From Geobacter sulfurreducens PCA (GTDB taxonomy: Bacteria; Desulfobacterota; Desulfuromonadia; Geobacterales; Geobacteraceae), in assembly GCF_000007985.2 (NCBI RefSeq), contig NC_002939.5, forward strand, positions 1,830,001 through 1,862,000: DNA of 32,000 nucleotides, written 5' to 3'. Below the pieces are notes generated by a model. The model searched no databases. It was not told the DNA's origin and saw nothing but the letters and a program-made list of their open reading frames with translations. Shown here piece by piece: positions 1 through 7,382 of this stretch (positions are counted from its first letter, which is position 1; every line of letters starts with the position of its first letter). Made by a program: the position numbers and the translations under genes.

Positions 1-55
1 CGGTACTGTCGGCATGCCCGGTGAGCAGAATAAGCGAGCGGAAGGAGGATAGGCC

Positions 56-364
56 ATGTATCTCTTCCAGATACTGCTGCCGCTCTACGACAATGACGGC
101 ACTAATTTCCCCCAGGAGGAATTCGTCCGGGTCCGGGACGAGTTGACAGAGCGCTACGGCGGAATAACCACCTATGTGAGATCGCCGGCAAAGGGGTTGT
201 GGAAGGATTCAGCCACCACTACCGTGCACGATGACATCGTGATCTACGAGGTGATGGCTGAGCATTTGGACCGGCCCTGGTGGCACCGGTTTCGCGAGGA
301 GCTCACCGAGCGTTTCCGGCAGGATGTGCTGATCGTACGGGTGAGTGAAGTTCAGCTTCTGTAG
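56..364 (+). CDS. conserved hypothetical protein, 102 aa, family not recognised
   Basis: ATG at 56 is preceded by GAAGGAGGA (41-49). Codon third positions are strongly G/C-biased. Stop is TAG at 362-364. Confidence 0.6.
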   Translation: MYLFQILLPLYDNDGTNFPQEEFVRVRDELTERYGGITTYVRSPAKGLWKDSATTTVHDDIVIYEVMAEHLDRPWWHRFREELTERFRQDVLIVRVSEVQLL

Positions 365-379
365 AATGTAACACCGCAA

Positions 380-640
380 TCAGAGCAGACAATCCTTCAC
401 AAACTCCGCCATCGGACCGCTTTCCCGCGTCACCGCCTCCTGCCGTTCCGCAGGGGGCATCATTTCGTGCAGGAACTTCCTGGCACGCTTGCGACTGCCG
501 GCAATGGCCTCCGTCATTCGGCAGAGAATGAACGCCGGCAGCCCTGACCGATATCCCTGGACAAGCTTGGCTATTTCGTCCCGCCGTTTGGTATTGCTCC
601 ATGTCTTGTAGACCTCATTTCCCACATCCTCCAGCAACAT
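380..640 (-). CDS. hypothetical protein, 86 aa
   Basis: The minus-strand ATG at 640 is preceded by AAGGAG with a 9-nt spacer (reverse complement of 650-655). It is convergent with the 56..364 gene. No motif recognised. Confidence 0.5.
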   Translation of the reverse strand: MLLEDVGNEVYKTWSNTKRRDEIAKLVQGYRSGLPAFILCRMTEAIAGSRKRARKFLHEMMPPAERQEAVTRESGPMAEFVKDCLL

Positions 641-881
641 GATATCCCGCTCCTTTCAGGCGCCGTCGGCCTTGGCGTTTCACGGTATCTGCCGTATACG
701 GAGTCGCCAGCATACTGCATGAATAGTTAAGCGTCCAATACTTTTCACTGTTCCGGCTAATGATGAAAGGCGCAATCCTTCTTGCGGTTTCATGCTACTA
801 TTTAATTAGATGAAGGTGTGCCTCCAAAAGGGAGGCCGATTTCAACCGGCCTTCGGGCATACGGGAAGGGAGGTCCTGATC

Positions 882-1073
882 ATGGCACGTTTTTATGACC
901 CTAAAGATGAAACGGATCGTTCCAGTGTGGAAACCGTCCTGAGAAAAGGCGGCATCGAGTATTTTCTCCGTCGAGAAAGAGGTGACACGGGTATGCTGGA
1001 AATCTATGTGGCCGAAGAGGATCTACCTCGAGCGGAAGAGCTTCTCATTCGAGGCAAAGGAGGTAACGAATAG
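882..1073 (+). CDS. small protein, 63 aa, possibly DUF2007-like (putative signal-transducing fold)
   Basis: The internal ATG at 882 has a GGGAGG SD at 868-873; the ORF-track ATG at 810 has none. The pattern 'GGIEYFL...IYVAEEDLPRAEELL' resembles DUF2007 proteins. The family call is tentative. Confidence 0.45.
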   Translation: MARFYDPKDETDRSSVETVLRKGGIEYFLRRERGDTGMLEIYVAEEDLPRAEELLIRGKGGNE

Positions 1074-1429
1074 TGCGAACAAATAACGGTTTCCCGCGAG
1101 GTAAGAGAATTCGGGCTGTGCTTTCAGTAGTCGTGGTTGCTGTTGCTTTGCTGCTGGGATGCGCGGCCGGTGCCGATGAAGGAATAAAGGAAGGGGGTAA
1201 GAAGGTCGGAGAGGGTTTCAAGACCATTGGCAAGGAGACGGGCCAGGCATTCAAGGAAGGGGGCAAAGAGATCGGTCAGGGCGTAAAACAGATGGGCAAA
1301 GAGGCCGGTCAGGAGGCCAAAAAGACCGGCAGGAGCGTTGGGGAGTGGTTTCGGGAAACCGGCAGGAAAACCGGTGAGGCTTTCCGCGAAATGGGCAGGA
1401 GCATCAAGCGGTTCTTTACAGGTGAATAG
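1073..1429 (+). CDS. lipoprotein made of seven tandem 11-residue G[KR]xxGxxF[KR]xx repeats
   Basis: GTG start overlaps the upstream TAG (TAGTG, 1071-1075), with AAGGAGG at 1057-1063. Signal peptide plus lipobox LLLGC (Cys30). Residues 42-118 parse into seven 11-mers. Confidence 0.65.
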   Translation: MRTNNGFPRGKRIRAVLSVVVVAVALLLGCAAGADEGIKEGGKKVGEGFKTIGKETGQAFKEGGKEIGQGVKQMGKEAGQEAKKTGRSVGEWFRETGRKTGEAFREMGRSIKRFFTGE

Positions 1430-1444
1430 GTATATTTTTGCCCA

Positions 1445-2413
1445 TCAATGAAGCTGGACTCCCTTGATCATTTCACCCCCTTCTTCCAAGGCTTCCCGCA
1501 ATGAGCGGTCCGCTTTGTCGAGCAGAATGTGGGGCGTCATTCCCTCTTTTTGCTGGGTTGCGGTAAAACCGGCTACCCCGAAGGCTGCATTGACCTTGAT
1601 CTCTTTGTCGTACAGTTTCAGCGCCATCGACGCAATCCGAATCCGGAGCCTCTTGGCGAGAATCATGGCTCCCGAGGCGTCTGTTTCAGGAAGAACAACC
1701 ACGAATCTGTCGTCATCGTAACGTGCCAGCCAGTCGATGTCCCTGCGGATCGATTCGGCGAGAACGTCGGCGCACCCCTTGAGAGCCAGCTCGCCCGCGT
1801 AATGTCCGTGGGCAGAGGTAATCCCGCTGAAGTCGTTAATCCCGACAAGAATCAGGGACAGTGCCCGTTCATAGCGGTAAGCTCGCTTGATTTCGGGGGA
1901 AAGGCGCTCATCCAGGTAGCGGCGGTTGTAGACGCCGGTCAACGTGTCGATCCGGGAGAGGTTGCCGATCTCTTCCAGGCTTTTTTTCAGTGAGCTTTCC
2001 AGGTCGAGGATTCGCTTGGCGGTTTTAAGACGGGTCAACAGCTCAACCTGGTGGGCCGGTTTGACGAGATATTCGTCTGCACCCGCTTCAAGTCCTGCGA
2101 TGACATCGTTCTTCGAGTCCTGGGAGGTGAGGAGGATAATGTAGGTATAACGGCCGGAACAGTCGGCGCGGATGGCCCGGCAGAGTTCGAGCCCATCCAT
2201 TTCCGGCATTACCCAGTCCGTCATGACGATAGGGTAGTACCCCTTGTTGAAGATTTCCAGGGCCTCTTTGCCGTTTTCCGCCATTACCACATCGTAACCG
2301 GCAGATTTCAAGCTGGTTTCCAGCATGGTGCGCAGCAGGCGGTTGTCGTCAACGATGAGAATGGGAAAAGGGAAGCGCGGCGCGCGTGTTTCATCCGTAA
2401 TGGCATCTGTCAT
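1445..2413 (-). CDS. response regulator: receiver domain plus degenerate GGDEF domain (DDDRF in place of GGDEF; RxxD I-site retained)
   Basis: ATG at 2413 with GGAGAGGA SD (reverse complement of 2421-2428). Receiver motifs are ILIVDD, VMTDWVMPEMDG and EYLVKP. The GGDEF-domain fold is recognisable, but the active-site stretch reads RDID-WLARY-DDDRF (1703-1744). The 500-aa ORF-track extension to 2947 is antisense to the neighbouring gene. Confidence 0.85.
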   Translation of the reverse strand: MTDAITDETRAPRFPFPILIVDDNRLLRTMLETSLKSAGYDVVMAENGKEALEIFNKGYYPIVMTDWVMPEMDGLELCRAIRADCSGRYTYIILLTSQDSKNDVIAGLEAGADEYLVKPAHQVELLTRLKTAKRILDLESSLKKSLEEIGNLSRIDTLTGVYNRRYLDERLSPEIKRAYRYERALSLILVGINDFSGITSAHGHYAGELALKGCADVLAESIRRDIDWLARYDDDRFVVVLPETDASGAMILAKRLRIRIASMALKLYDKEIKVNAAFGVAGFTATQQKEGMTPHILLDKADRSLREALEEGGEMIKGVQLH

Positions 2414-2575
2414 TGTTGACTCCTCTCCAACCGTTTCGGCAGAATGCGTGATTTCTTTAGTGCAATCAGGATACTCCGGATGGTTTTGAGACCATTGACA
2501 GCATCGTTGCCTGCTGCTACTTTCCACACGTATCTTTCTCAACATACCCATATCAGGAATCGGAGCGTGACATAT

Positions 2576-3559
2576 ATGATACAAAAACCCAACATCGTCA
2601 TCCTGGACGGCTATACCATCAATCCGGGTGACAACCCCTGGACTCCGCTGGAGAAGTTGGGCGACTGCACTATTTATGACCGGACCCCGCCCGAGTTGCG
2701 GGTGGAGCGGGCCAAGGATGCGGATATTGTCCTGACCAGCAAGGTCAAGCTCGACGAGGCTACTCTGGCGGCGCTGCCCAAGTTGCGCTATATATCGATG
2801 CTGGCCACGGGATACAACAACGTTGACGTGGAGGCTGCCGGCAAGCGCGGCATTCCCGTGGCCAATATCCCGGCCTATTCCACCGAATCGGTTGTGCAGA
2901 CCACTTTTGCCCTTCTTCTTGAACTGGCTGTACACGTGGGGATCCATGATTCAGCCGTAAAGGCCCGCGAGTGGGTCCGTTCGCCGGACCACTCATTCTG
3001 GAAGACGCCCATTGTCGAGCTTGACGGCCTCACGCTGGGCATTGTCGGGTACGGCACCATCGGCCGGGCCGTGGCGCGAGTAGGGGCGGCCTTCGGCATG
3101 AAGATAATGGCGTATGCCCCCCGCGTTCCTGCAGACCTTGGGCCGGTGCCCGTCCGGTTCGTTTCTCTTGACGAACTGTTCGCCGGTTCCGACGTGGTAT
3201 CCCTCAACTGTCCCCAAACTGCTGAGAATACCGGCTTTGTGAACAGCCGACTCCTCTCGCTCATGAAGCCGAGCGCCTTCTTTCTCAATGTGGCGCGCGG
3301 GGGCTTGGTCAATGAAGTCGATTTGGCCGCTGCCCTGCATAGCGGAAAACTTGCCGGCGCGGGGTTGGATGTGGTCGCCCACGAGCCGATGAGTCCCGAC
3401 AACCCACTCCTCGGGGCGCCGAACTGTATTTTCACGCCGCATCTGGCATGGGCTTCCCTGGCAGCCCGCCGTCGACTTATGGGAATCCTGGCGGCCAACG
3501 TGGCAACGTTCCTGGCGGGAGAGCCCCAGAACGTGGTTAACAGCCGGTTCCTGAAATGA
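2576..3559 (+). CDS. D-isomer-specific 2-hydroxyacid dehydrogenase (glycerate dehydrogenase / hydroxypyruvate reductase type)
   Basis: ATG at 2576 (MIQKPNIVILDGY...). NAD-binding GIVGYGTIGRAV. Catalytic-region motifs NVARGGLV and FTPHLAWAS. Length 327 aa is typical of the family. Confidence 0.85.
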   Translation: MIQKPNIVILDGYTINPGDNPWTPLEKLGDCTIYDRTPPELRVERAKDADIVLTSKVKLDEATLAALPKLRYISMLATGYNNVDVEAAGKRGIPVANIPAYSTESVVQTTFALLLELAVHVGIHDSAVKAREWVRSPDHSFWKTPIVELDGLTLGIVGYGTIGRAVARVGAAFGMKIMAYAPRVPADLGPVPVRFVSLDELFAGSDVVSLNCPQTAENTGFVNSRLLSLMKPSAFFLNVARGGLVNEVDLAAALHSGKLAGAGLDVVAHEPMSPDNPLLGAPNCIFTPHLAWASLAARRRLMGILAANVATFLAGEPQNVVNSRFLK

Positions 3560-3564
3560 AAAAA

Positions 3565-3588
3565 GCCGTCATCAAAAAAGATGACGGC
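3565..3588. terminator. intrinsic terminator hairpin between convergent genes
   Basis: 9-bp stem GCCGTCATC / GATGACGGC with an A6 loop. On the minus strand the stem is followed by T5 (3560-3564), so it is canonical for the 3615.. minus gene. On the plus strand there is no T-run. Confidence 0.6.
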
Positions 3589-3614
3589 CCGAGCCGGCAA
3601 GAAAGAGTCTTGGA

Positions 3615-3761
3615 TCAGCCTTTGGAGTTTTCGTAGAACAGAAATACCAAGAGAACCACGAGAGCCGAGGCAACGATCATGAGAAAAAAAGCGATTATTG
3701 TGTTGACCGTGTCTTGGATTTTCTCTTTGGCTGTTCGCTCTTCCCGTATGTATCTGCCCAT
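3615..3761 (-). CDS. small tail-anchored membrane protein (48 aa from the best-supported start; ORF open to 3875)
   Basis: ATG at 3761 is preceded by GGGAGG with a 4-nt spacer. The C-terminal hydrophobic helix is IIAFFLMIVASALVVLLVFLF. The longer options (ATG 3854, TTG 3875) lack an SD and would overlap the divergent gene. Confidence 0.35.
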   Translation of the reverse strand: MGRYIREERTAKEKIQDTVNTIIAFFLMIVASALVVLLVFLFYENSKG

Positions 3762-3864
3762 GAAACCTCCCGGCACCGCCACTGGCGGCTGAATCCGCCA
3801 GTTTGGTAAACTGTATCCAAAATCTCGCAGAATATCAAGTTGATCGCTGTTCATGGAGCTATCA

Positions 3865-4158
3865 ATGATCGTCAAGAAACTGATCCTGAAAAAACATCTC
3901 AGTTCCGGCGGTCTCGCCGAGTTCCTGTTGGTAAGGAAGGAGGGGGCCTATGAAGCTGCTCTCTTCATCAACGGGAAACTGATTCCGGGGCCGCCGAAAC
4001 CGCAGCCCCTCAATCCCCCGACTGATGACTTGACTCATTGGATGGGCAACAGACCGAGCGTCGGTCTCACTCGGGGAGAAGCCGAGCGTATTCTGGAGGA
4101 GATCGATTTCGAGAACGCCGTTCTCGCCCACCGCACACGCAGAGAGTGGGAACGATGA
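3865..4158 (+). CDS. hypothetical protein, about 97 aa
   Basis: ATG at 3865 with GGAGC at 3855-3859; the ORF-track ATG at 3853 has no SD. Third-position G/C bias is consistent with coding. No motif recognised. Confidence 0.45.
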   Translation: MIVKKLILKKHLSSGGLAEFLLVRKEGAYEAALFINGKLIPGPPKPQPLNPPTDDLTHWMGNRPSVGLTRGEAERILEEIDFENAVLAHRTRREWER

Positions 4159-4274
4159 CGTTTCCGGGAGATAAATTTGTGATTGCGCATGGCGAAAAGG
4201 CTGGTATACACTAAACAGGTCTGTTTATCAGTGGGTTTTGTTGTGTAACGACGCCTGCGTCACCGAGACGGCTT

Positions 4275-4739
4275 ATGACCTGTGCCACGCTCAAAGCATT
4301 CATTGCGGCCGATGAACAGCTGACCGACATCCACTTCCTCGTGCAAACCAAGGCCCGGCGGGGAGATCGACCTGCCGTTCACTACAATGCCTCCCGTTTT
4401 TTCGACCACCACGAGGCACGCCTCGTTTCCCACCTGATTGAATTGCGGGGCGATGTTTTCGATAATGCCCTGTCCCGCAGTCTCATGCGACTCGGTTGCC
4501 TGATCATTGTCGGCGGAACGGCCATGCTGGTCAGGAATGCTGCCGCCTACATAGCCGTGCCCGTTTTTGCTCTTCTGCTCTACAGTGAGATCAGGCTCGT
4601 CCGTCGCGCGTACCTGATGGATTCCTCCCTCAAGGGGTATATCTCGTATCTGGGGAGAACACGCCTTCAGCGTCGGGACGACTTTGTCCGCGACGTGGTA
4701 GAGCATTCCGCCCACATTGCCGAGTGTATCTCCCGCTGA
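4275..4739 (+). CDS. hypothetical membrane protein, 154 aa, with two predicted hydrophobic helices
   Basis: Third-codon G/C bias is strong on the plus frame, whereas the overlapping minus ORF 4260..4829 looks like an antisense artefact. Hydrophobic segments are LGCLIIVGGTAMLV and AAYIAVPVFALLLY. Confidence 0.5.
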   Translation: MTCATLKAFIAADEQLTDIHFLVQTKARRGDRPAVHYNASRFFDHHEARLVSHLIELRGDVFDNALSRSLMRLGCLIIVGGTAMLVRNAAAYIAVPVFALLLYSEIRLVRRAYLMDSSLKGYISYLGRTRLQRRDDFVRDVVEHSAHIAECISR

Positions 4740-4907
4740 CCAGCGGACTCCTGCCGGTTCACCCCGGCATTTCCCCCAGACATTGGTTGCCGTGTCCGCA
4801 TATCGTCCCGCCAGGTGCGCCTGTATCACGTATACAGTTGCATGACAGGGTTTCGTCCTTATACTCTATTCGTTCTTCAGTTCACTGATGACGGTATCGG
4901 ACACGAC

Positions 4908-7382
4908 ATGAAAACCCTGGCAGACCTTTTCTCTTCATTCAGCGGCAGAAGCCTTGACACGGCGTTCGTGTTTCGGACCGGCGTGCGGCGGTACCGTTAT
5001 ACCTATGCATTCCTCCATGATTACTCGCTCAGGATGAACGCCTGGCTTGCCGACCGGGGGGTGGGGACCGGGGATCGTGTCGTGCTCTGGGGACCCAATT
5101 CACCCTGGTGGGGCATTGCCTTCTGGGGCATCATTGCCCGCGGCGCCATTGTGGTGCCGGTCGACTTCATGTCCGGTGCCGACCGGGCGGATACCATCGC
5201 CGGCCTCACCGATGCCCGACTCGTTATCCAGAGCAGGGACAAGCTTGAGCGACTCGCCGGCCGGCCTGCGGTGCTTCTGGAGGAACTGCCCTTCCTTCTG
5301 GAGTTGTGCCCGCAGCTAACTACCCGCCACGTGCCCGATCCGGACGATATCGCCGAGTTGATCTACACCTCCGGCACCACCGGAACGCCGAAAGGGGTCA
5401 TTCTCACCCACCGGAACCTGGTTGCCAACCTGCTCCAGGTGAACCGTCACATCTCCATTGTCAGCAGCGACTACGTGTTTCTTTCGCTCTTGCCCCTGTC
5501 GCACATGTTCGAACAGATGGGCGGGTTTCTGACCCCCTTGTACCAGGGCGCATCAGTGGTCTATATCCGTACCCTCAAGCCGTCGGCCATCATGGAAGCT
5601 CTGGGAGAAGAGGATGTGCATGCGCTTATCGCCGTGCCGCGCCTTCTCCAGTTACTCAAGGATTCCATCGAGCGGGAGCTTGATGCCCGGGGGCTCGGGC
5701 CTGTACTGGCCCGACTGCTGACTGTTGCCGAGCGCCTGCCGGCCCAAAGGCGCAAGCTGCTGTTCGCCCCGATTCACCGGAAATTCGGACGCCACTTTTC
5801 CCTGTTCGTTTCAGGGGGAGCGCCCTTGGCCCCGGAGGTGTTCCGCTTCTGGGCCGGGCTCGGATTCACCGTGTTGGAGGGATATGGTCTCACCGAATGT
5901 GCGCCGGTCCTCACGGCTAATACGCTTGAGCGGCAGGTGGCCGGCTCCGTGGGACCGGCACTTCCGGGGGTCGAGTTGAAGCTCGTTGACGGTGAAGTAA
6001 TGACCCGGGGAGACAACGTCTTCCCCGGCTACTACCGCAACGAAGCGGCCACCCGGGATGCCTTTGACGACGGCTGGTTCCGCACGGGCGATCTGGGAGA
6101 ATTCGACGGTGCGGGGTGGCTACGGATTCTGGGCAGAAAAAAGGAGCTGATCGTCACCGGGGCAGGTGTCAATGTGTTCCCCGACGAGATCGAGTCCATG
6201 CTCAACCGGGCTGCCGGCGTGCGCGAATCCTGCGTGATCGGTCTGGACCGCGGGAAAGGGGAAGAGGTTCACGCCGTGTTGATCCCCGATGAGAGCGGTC
6301 GTCAGGTGGAGGAGATCATCAACGAGATCAACGGGCGGCTTGACGATCTTCACCGGATCACCGGCTGGTCCATCTGGCCCGACGCTGAGTTTCCCAAGAC
6401 AACCACCCTCAAGATCAGGAAATTTCTTGTCAAGGAACGGGTTGCCCAGGGAGATGGTACTGGCGGGGCAGGGGGCTCCAGTGACAGACTGTCGCTGATG
6501 ATAGCCCGGATCACTGGGAACCCGGCTGAAAAGGTAACGGACGACGCGGTGCTGACAACCGATCTGGGGCTCACCTCCATCGGCAGGCTCGAACTGGTCA
6601 ACGCGATAGAGATGGAATTTCGTCTCGATCTGGAGGACACGGTCATTGGCCCCCACACGCGGGTGGCCGAACTTCGGGAGGTCATCCGTCTCCGGTCAAA
6701 GGTCCACAGCCGCGAGCGGTTTAGGTTCTGGACCGCCCGCCCCGTGGCACTGGCTGTACGGCGGGTGTTGGACATGATCCTTCATGGTCCTTTGATCAGG
6801 CACTACGCCAGTTTGAAGGTAGAAGGGGGGGAACATCTGGGTGGGCTGGACGGTCCGGTCCTGTTCGTCTCCAATCACCTCAGTTACTTCGATCACCCTG
6901 TTATCATGTCCGCTCTTCCCTCGGAATGGCGCTATACAACCGCCACGGCTGCTTGGGAGGAGTTTTTCTTCCGGAATTATAAGAACTTCGCGCAAAAGAT
7001 CTGGAAACGCCTTGCCTACGAGTACGCATCGGTAGCCTTTACCGTGTTTCCGCTTCCCCAGAGTCGCGGTTTCCGGGGAGCGCTTCGTTTCATGGGGGGA
7101 CTGGCGGACCGGGGAATGAGCATACTGGTGTTCCCCGAGGGCGAACGTTCGCGCGACGGTACCTTGCTGCCGTTTCGACCGGGTCTCGGGGTGATGGTCC
7201 GGGAACTGGCCATTCCCGTGGTTCCGGTGCGAATCCGTGGGCTTGAACAGGTATTTCCCCGCGGAGCCTCCTGGCCCGCCAGGGGCGAAGTGCGGGTGAC
7301 CTTTGGCAAGGCCATCCGCTTTACCCTGGAGTCACCTGCTGAAATAGTCGCTGCGGCGCGTACGGCCGTGGAGGATCTCTAA
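4908..7382 (+). CDS. three-domain protein: acyl-CoA/acyl-AMP ligase, acyl-carrier (PP-binding) domain and PlsC-type 1-acylglycerol-3-phosphate acyltransferase
   Basis: AMP-binding motifs are YTSGTTGTPKG (about 5361-5397) and GWFRTGD. Carrier-domain motif DLGLTSIG, with the putative phosphopantetheine Ser at 6576-6578. Acyltransferase motifs are HX4D NHLSYFD (6873-6893) and FPEGERS. I chose the ATG at 4908; upstream GTG 4815 and ATG 4842 are alternatives. Confidence 0.85.
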   Translation: MKTLADLFSSFSGRSLDTAFVFRTGVRRYRYTYAFLHDYSLRMNAWLADRGVGTGDRVVLWGPNSPWWGIAFWGIIARGAIVVPVDFMSGADRADTIAGLTDARLVIQSRDKLERLAGRPAVLLEELPFLLELCPQLTTRHVPDPDDIAELIYTSGTTGTPKGVILTHRNLVANLLQVNRHISIVSSDYVFLSLLPLSHMFEQMGGFLTPLYQGASVVYIRTLKPSAIMEALGEEDVHALIAVPRLLQLLKDSIERELDARGLGPVLARLLTVAERLPAQRRKLLFAPIHRKFGRHFSLFVSGGAPLAPEVFRFWAGLGFTVLEGYGLTECAPVLTANTLERQVAGSVGPALPGVELKLVDGEVMTRGDNVFPGYYRNEAATRDAFDDGWFRTGDLGEFDGAGWLRILGRKKELIVTGAGVNVFPDEIESMLNRAAGVRESCVIGLDRGKGEEVHAVLIPDESGRQVEEIINEINGRLDDLHRITGWSIWPDAEFPKTTTLKIRKFLVKERVAQGDGTGGAGGSSDRLSLMIARITGNPAEKVTDDAVLTTDLGLTSIGRLELVNAIEMEFRLDLEDTVIGPHTRVAELREVIRLRSKVHSRERFRFWTARPVALAVRRVLDMILHGPLIRHYASLKVEGGEHLGGLDGPVLFVSNHLSYFDHPVIMSALPSEWRYTTATAAWEEFFFRNYKNFAQKIWKRLAYEYASVAFTVFPLPQSRGFRGALRFMGGLADRGMSILVFPEGERSRDGTLLPFRPGLGVMVRELAIPVVPVRIRGLEQVFPRGASWPARGEVRVTFGKAIRFTLESPAEIVAAARTAVEDL

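Noticed and set aside
285-300. Sigma54-like element TGGCAC-N5-TCGC
   Set aside because: It lies inside the 56..364 CDS and points at a convergent gene, so there is nothing for it to transcribe.
641-881. Possible cyclic-dinucleotide (GEMM) riboswitch or sRNA in the 240-bp AT-richer spacer
   Set aside because: No ACGCAAAGC or GCAAACC GEMM core was found, and no strong terminator. Only a short local hairpin is present, which is reported separately at low interest.
2414-2947. N-terminal 178-aa extension of the 500-aa minus-strand ORF (1445..2947)
   Set aside because: The extension is antisense to the 2-hydroxyacid dehydrogenase gene and crosses the divergent promoter region. The receiver domain begins right after the ATG at 2413, which has a good SD. 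This is a typical high-GC open-frame artefact.
4260-4829. 189-aa minus-strand ORF overlapping the 4275..4739 plus ORF
   Set aside because: Third-position G/C bias and the hydrophobic-helix pattern favour the plus frame. The minus translation is Gly/Arg/Pro-rich, like an antisense read-through.
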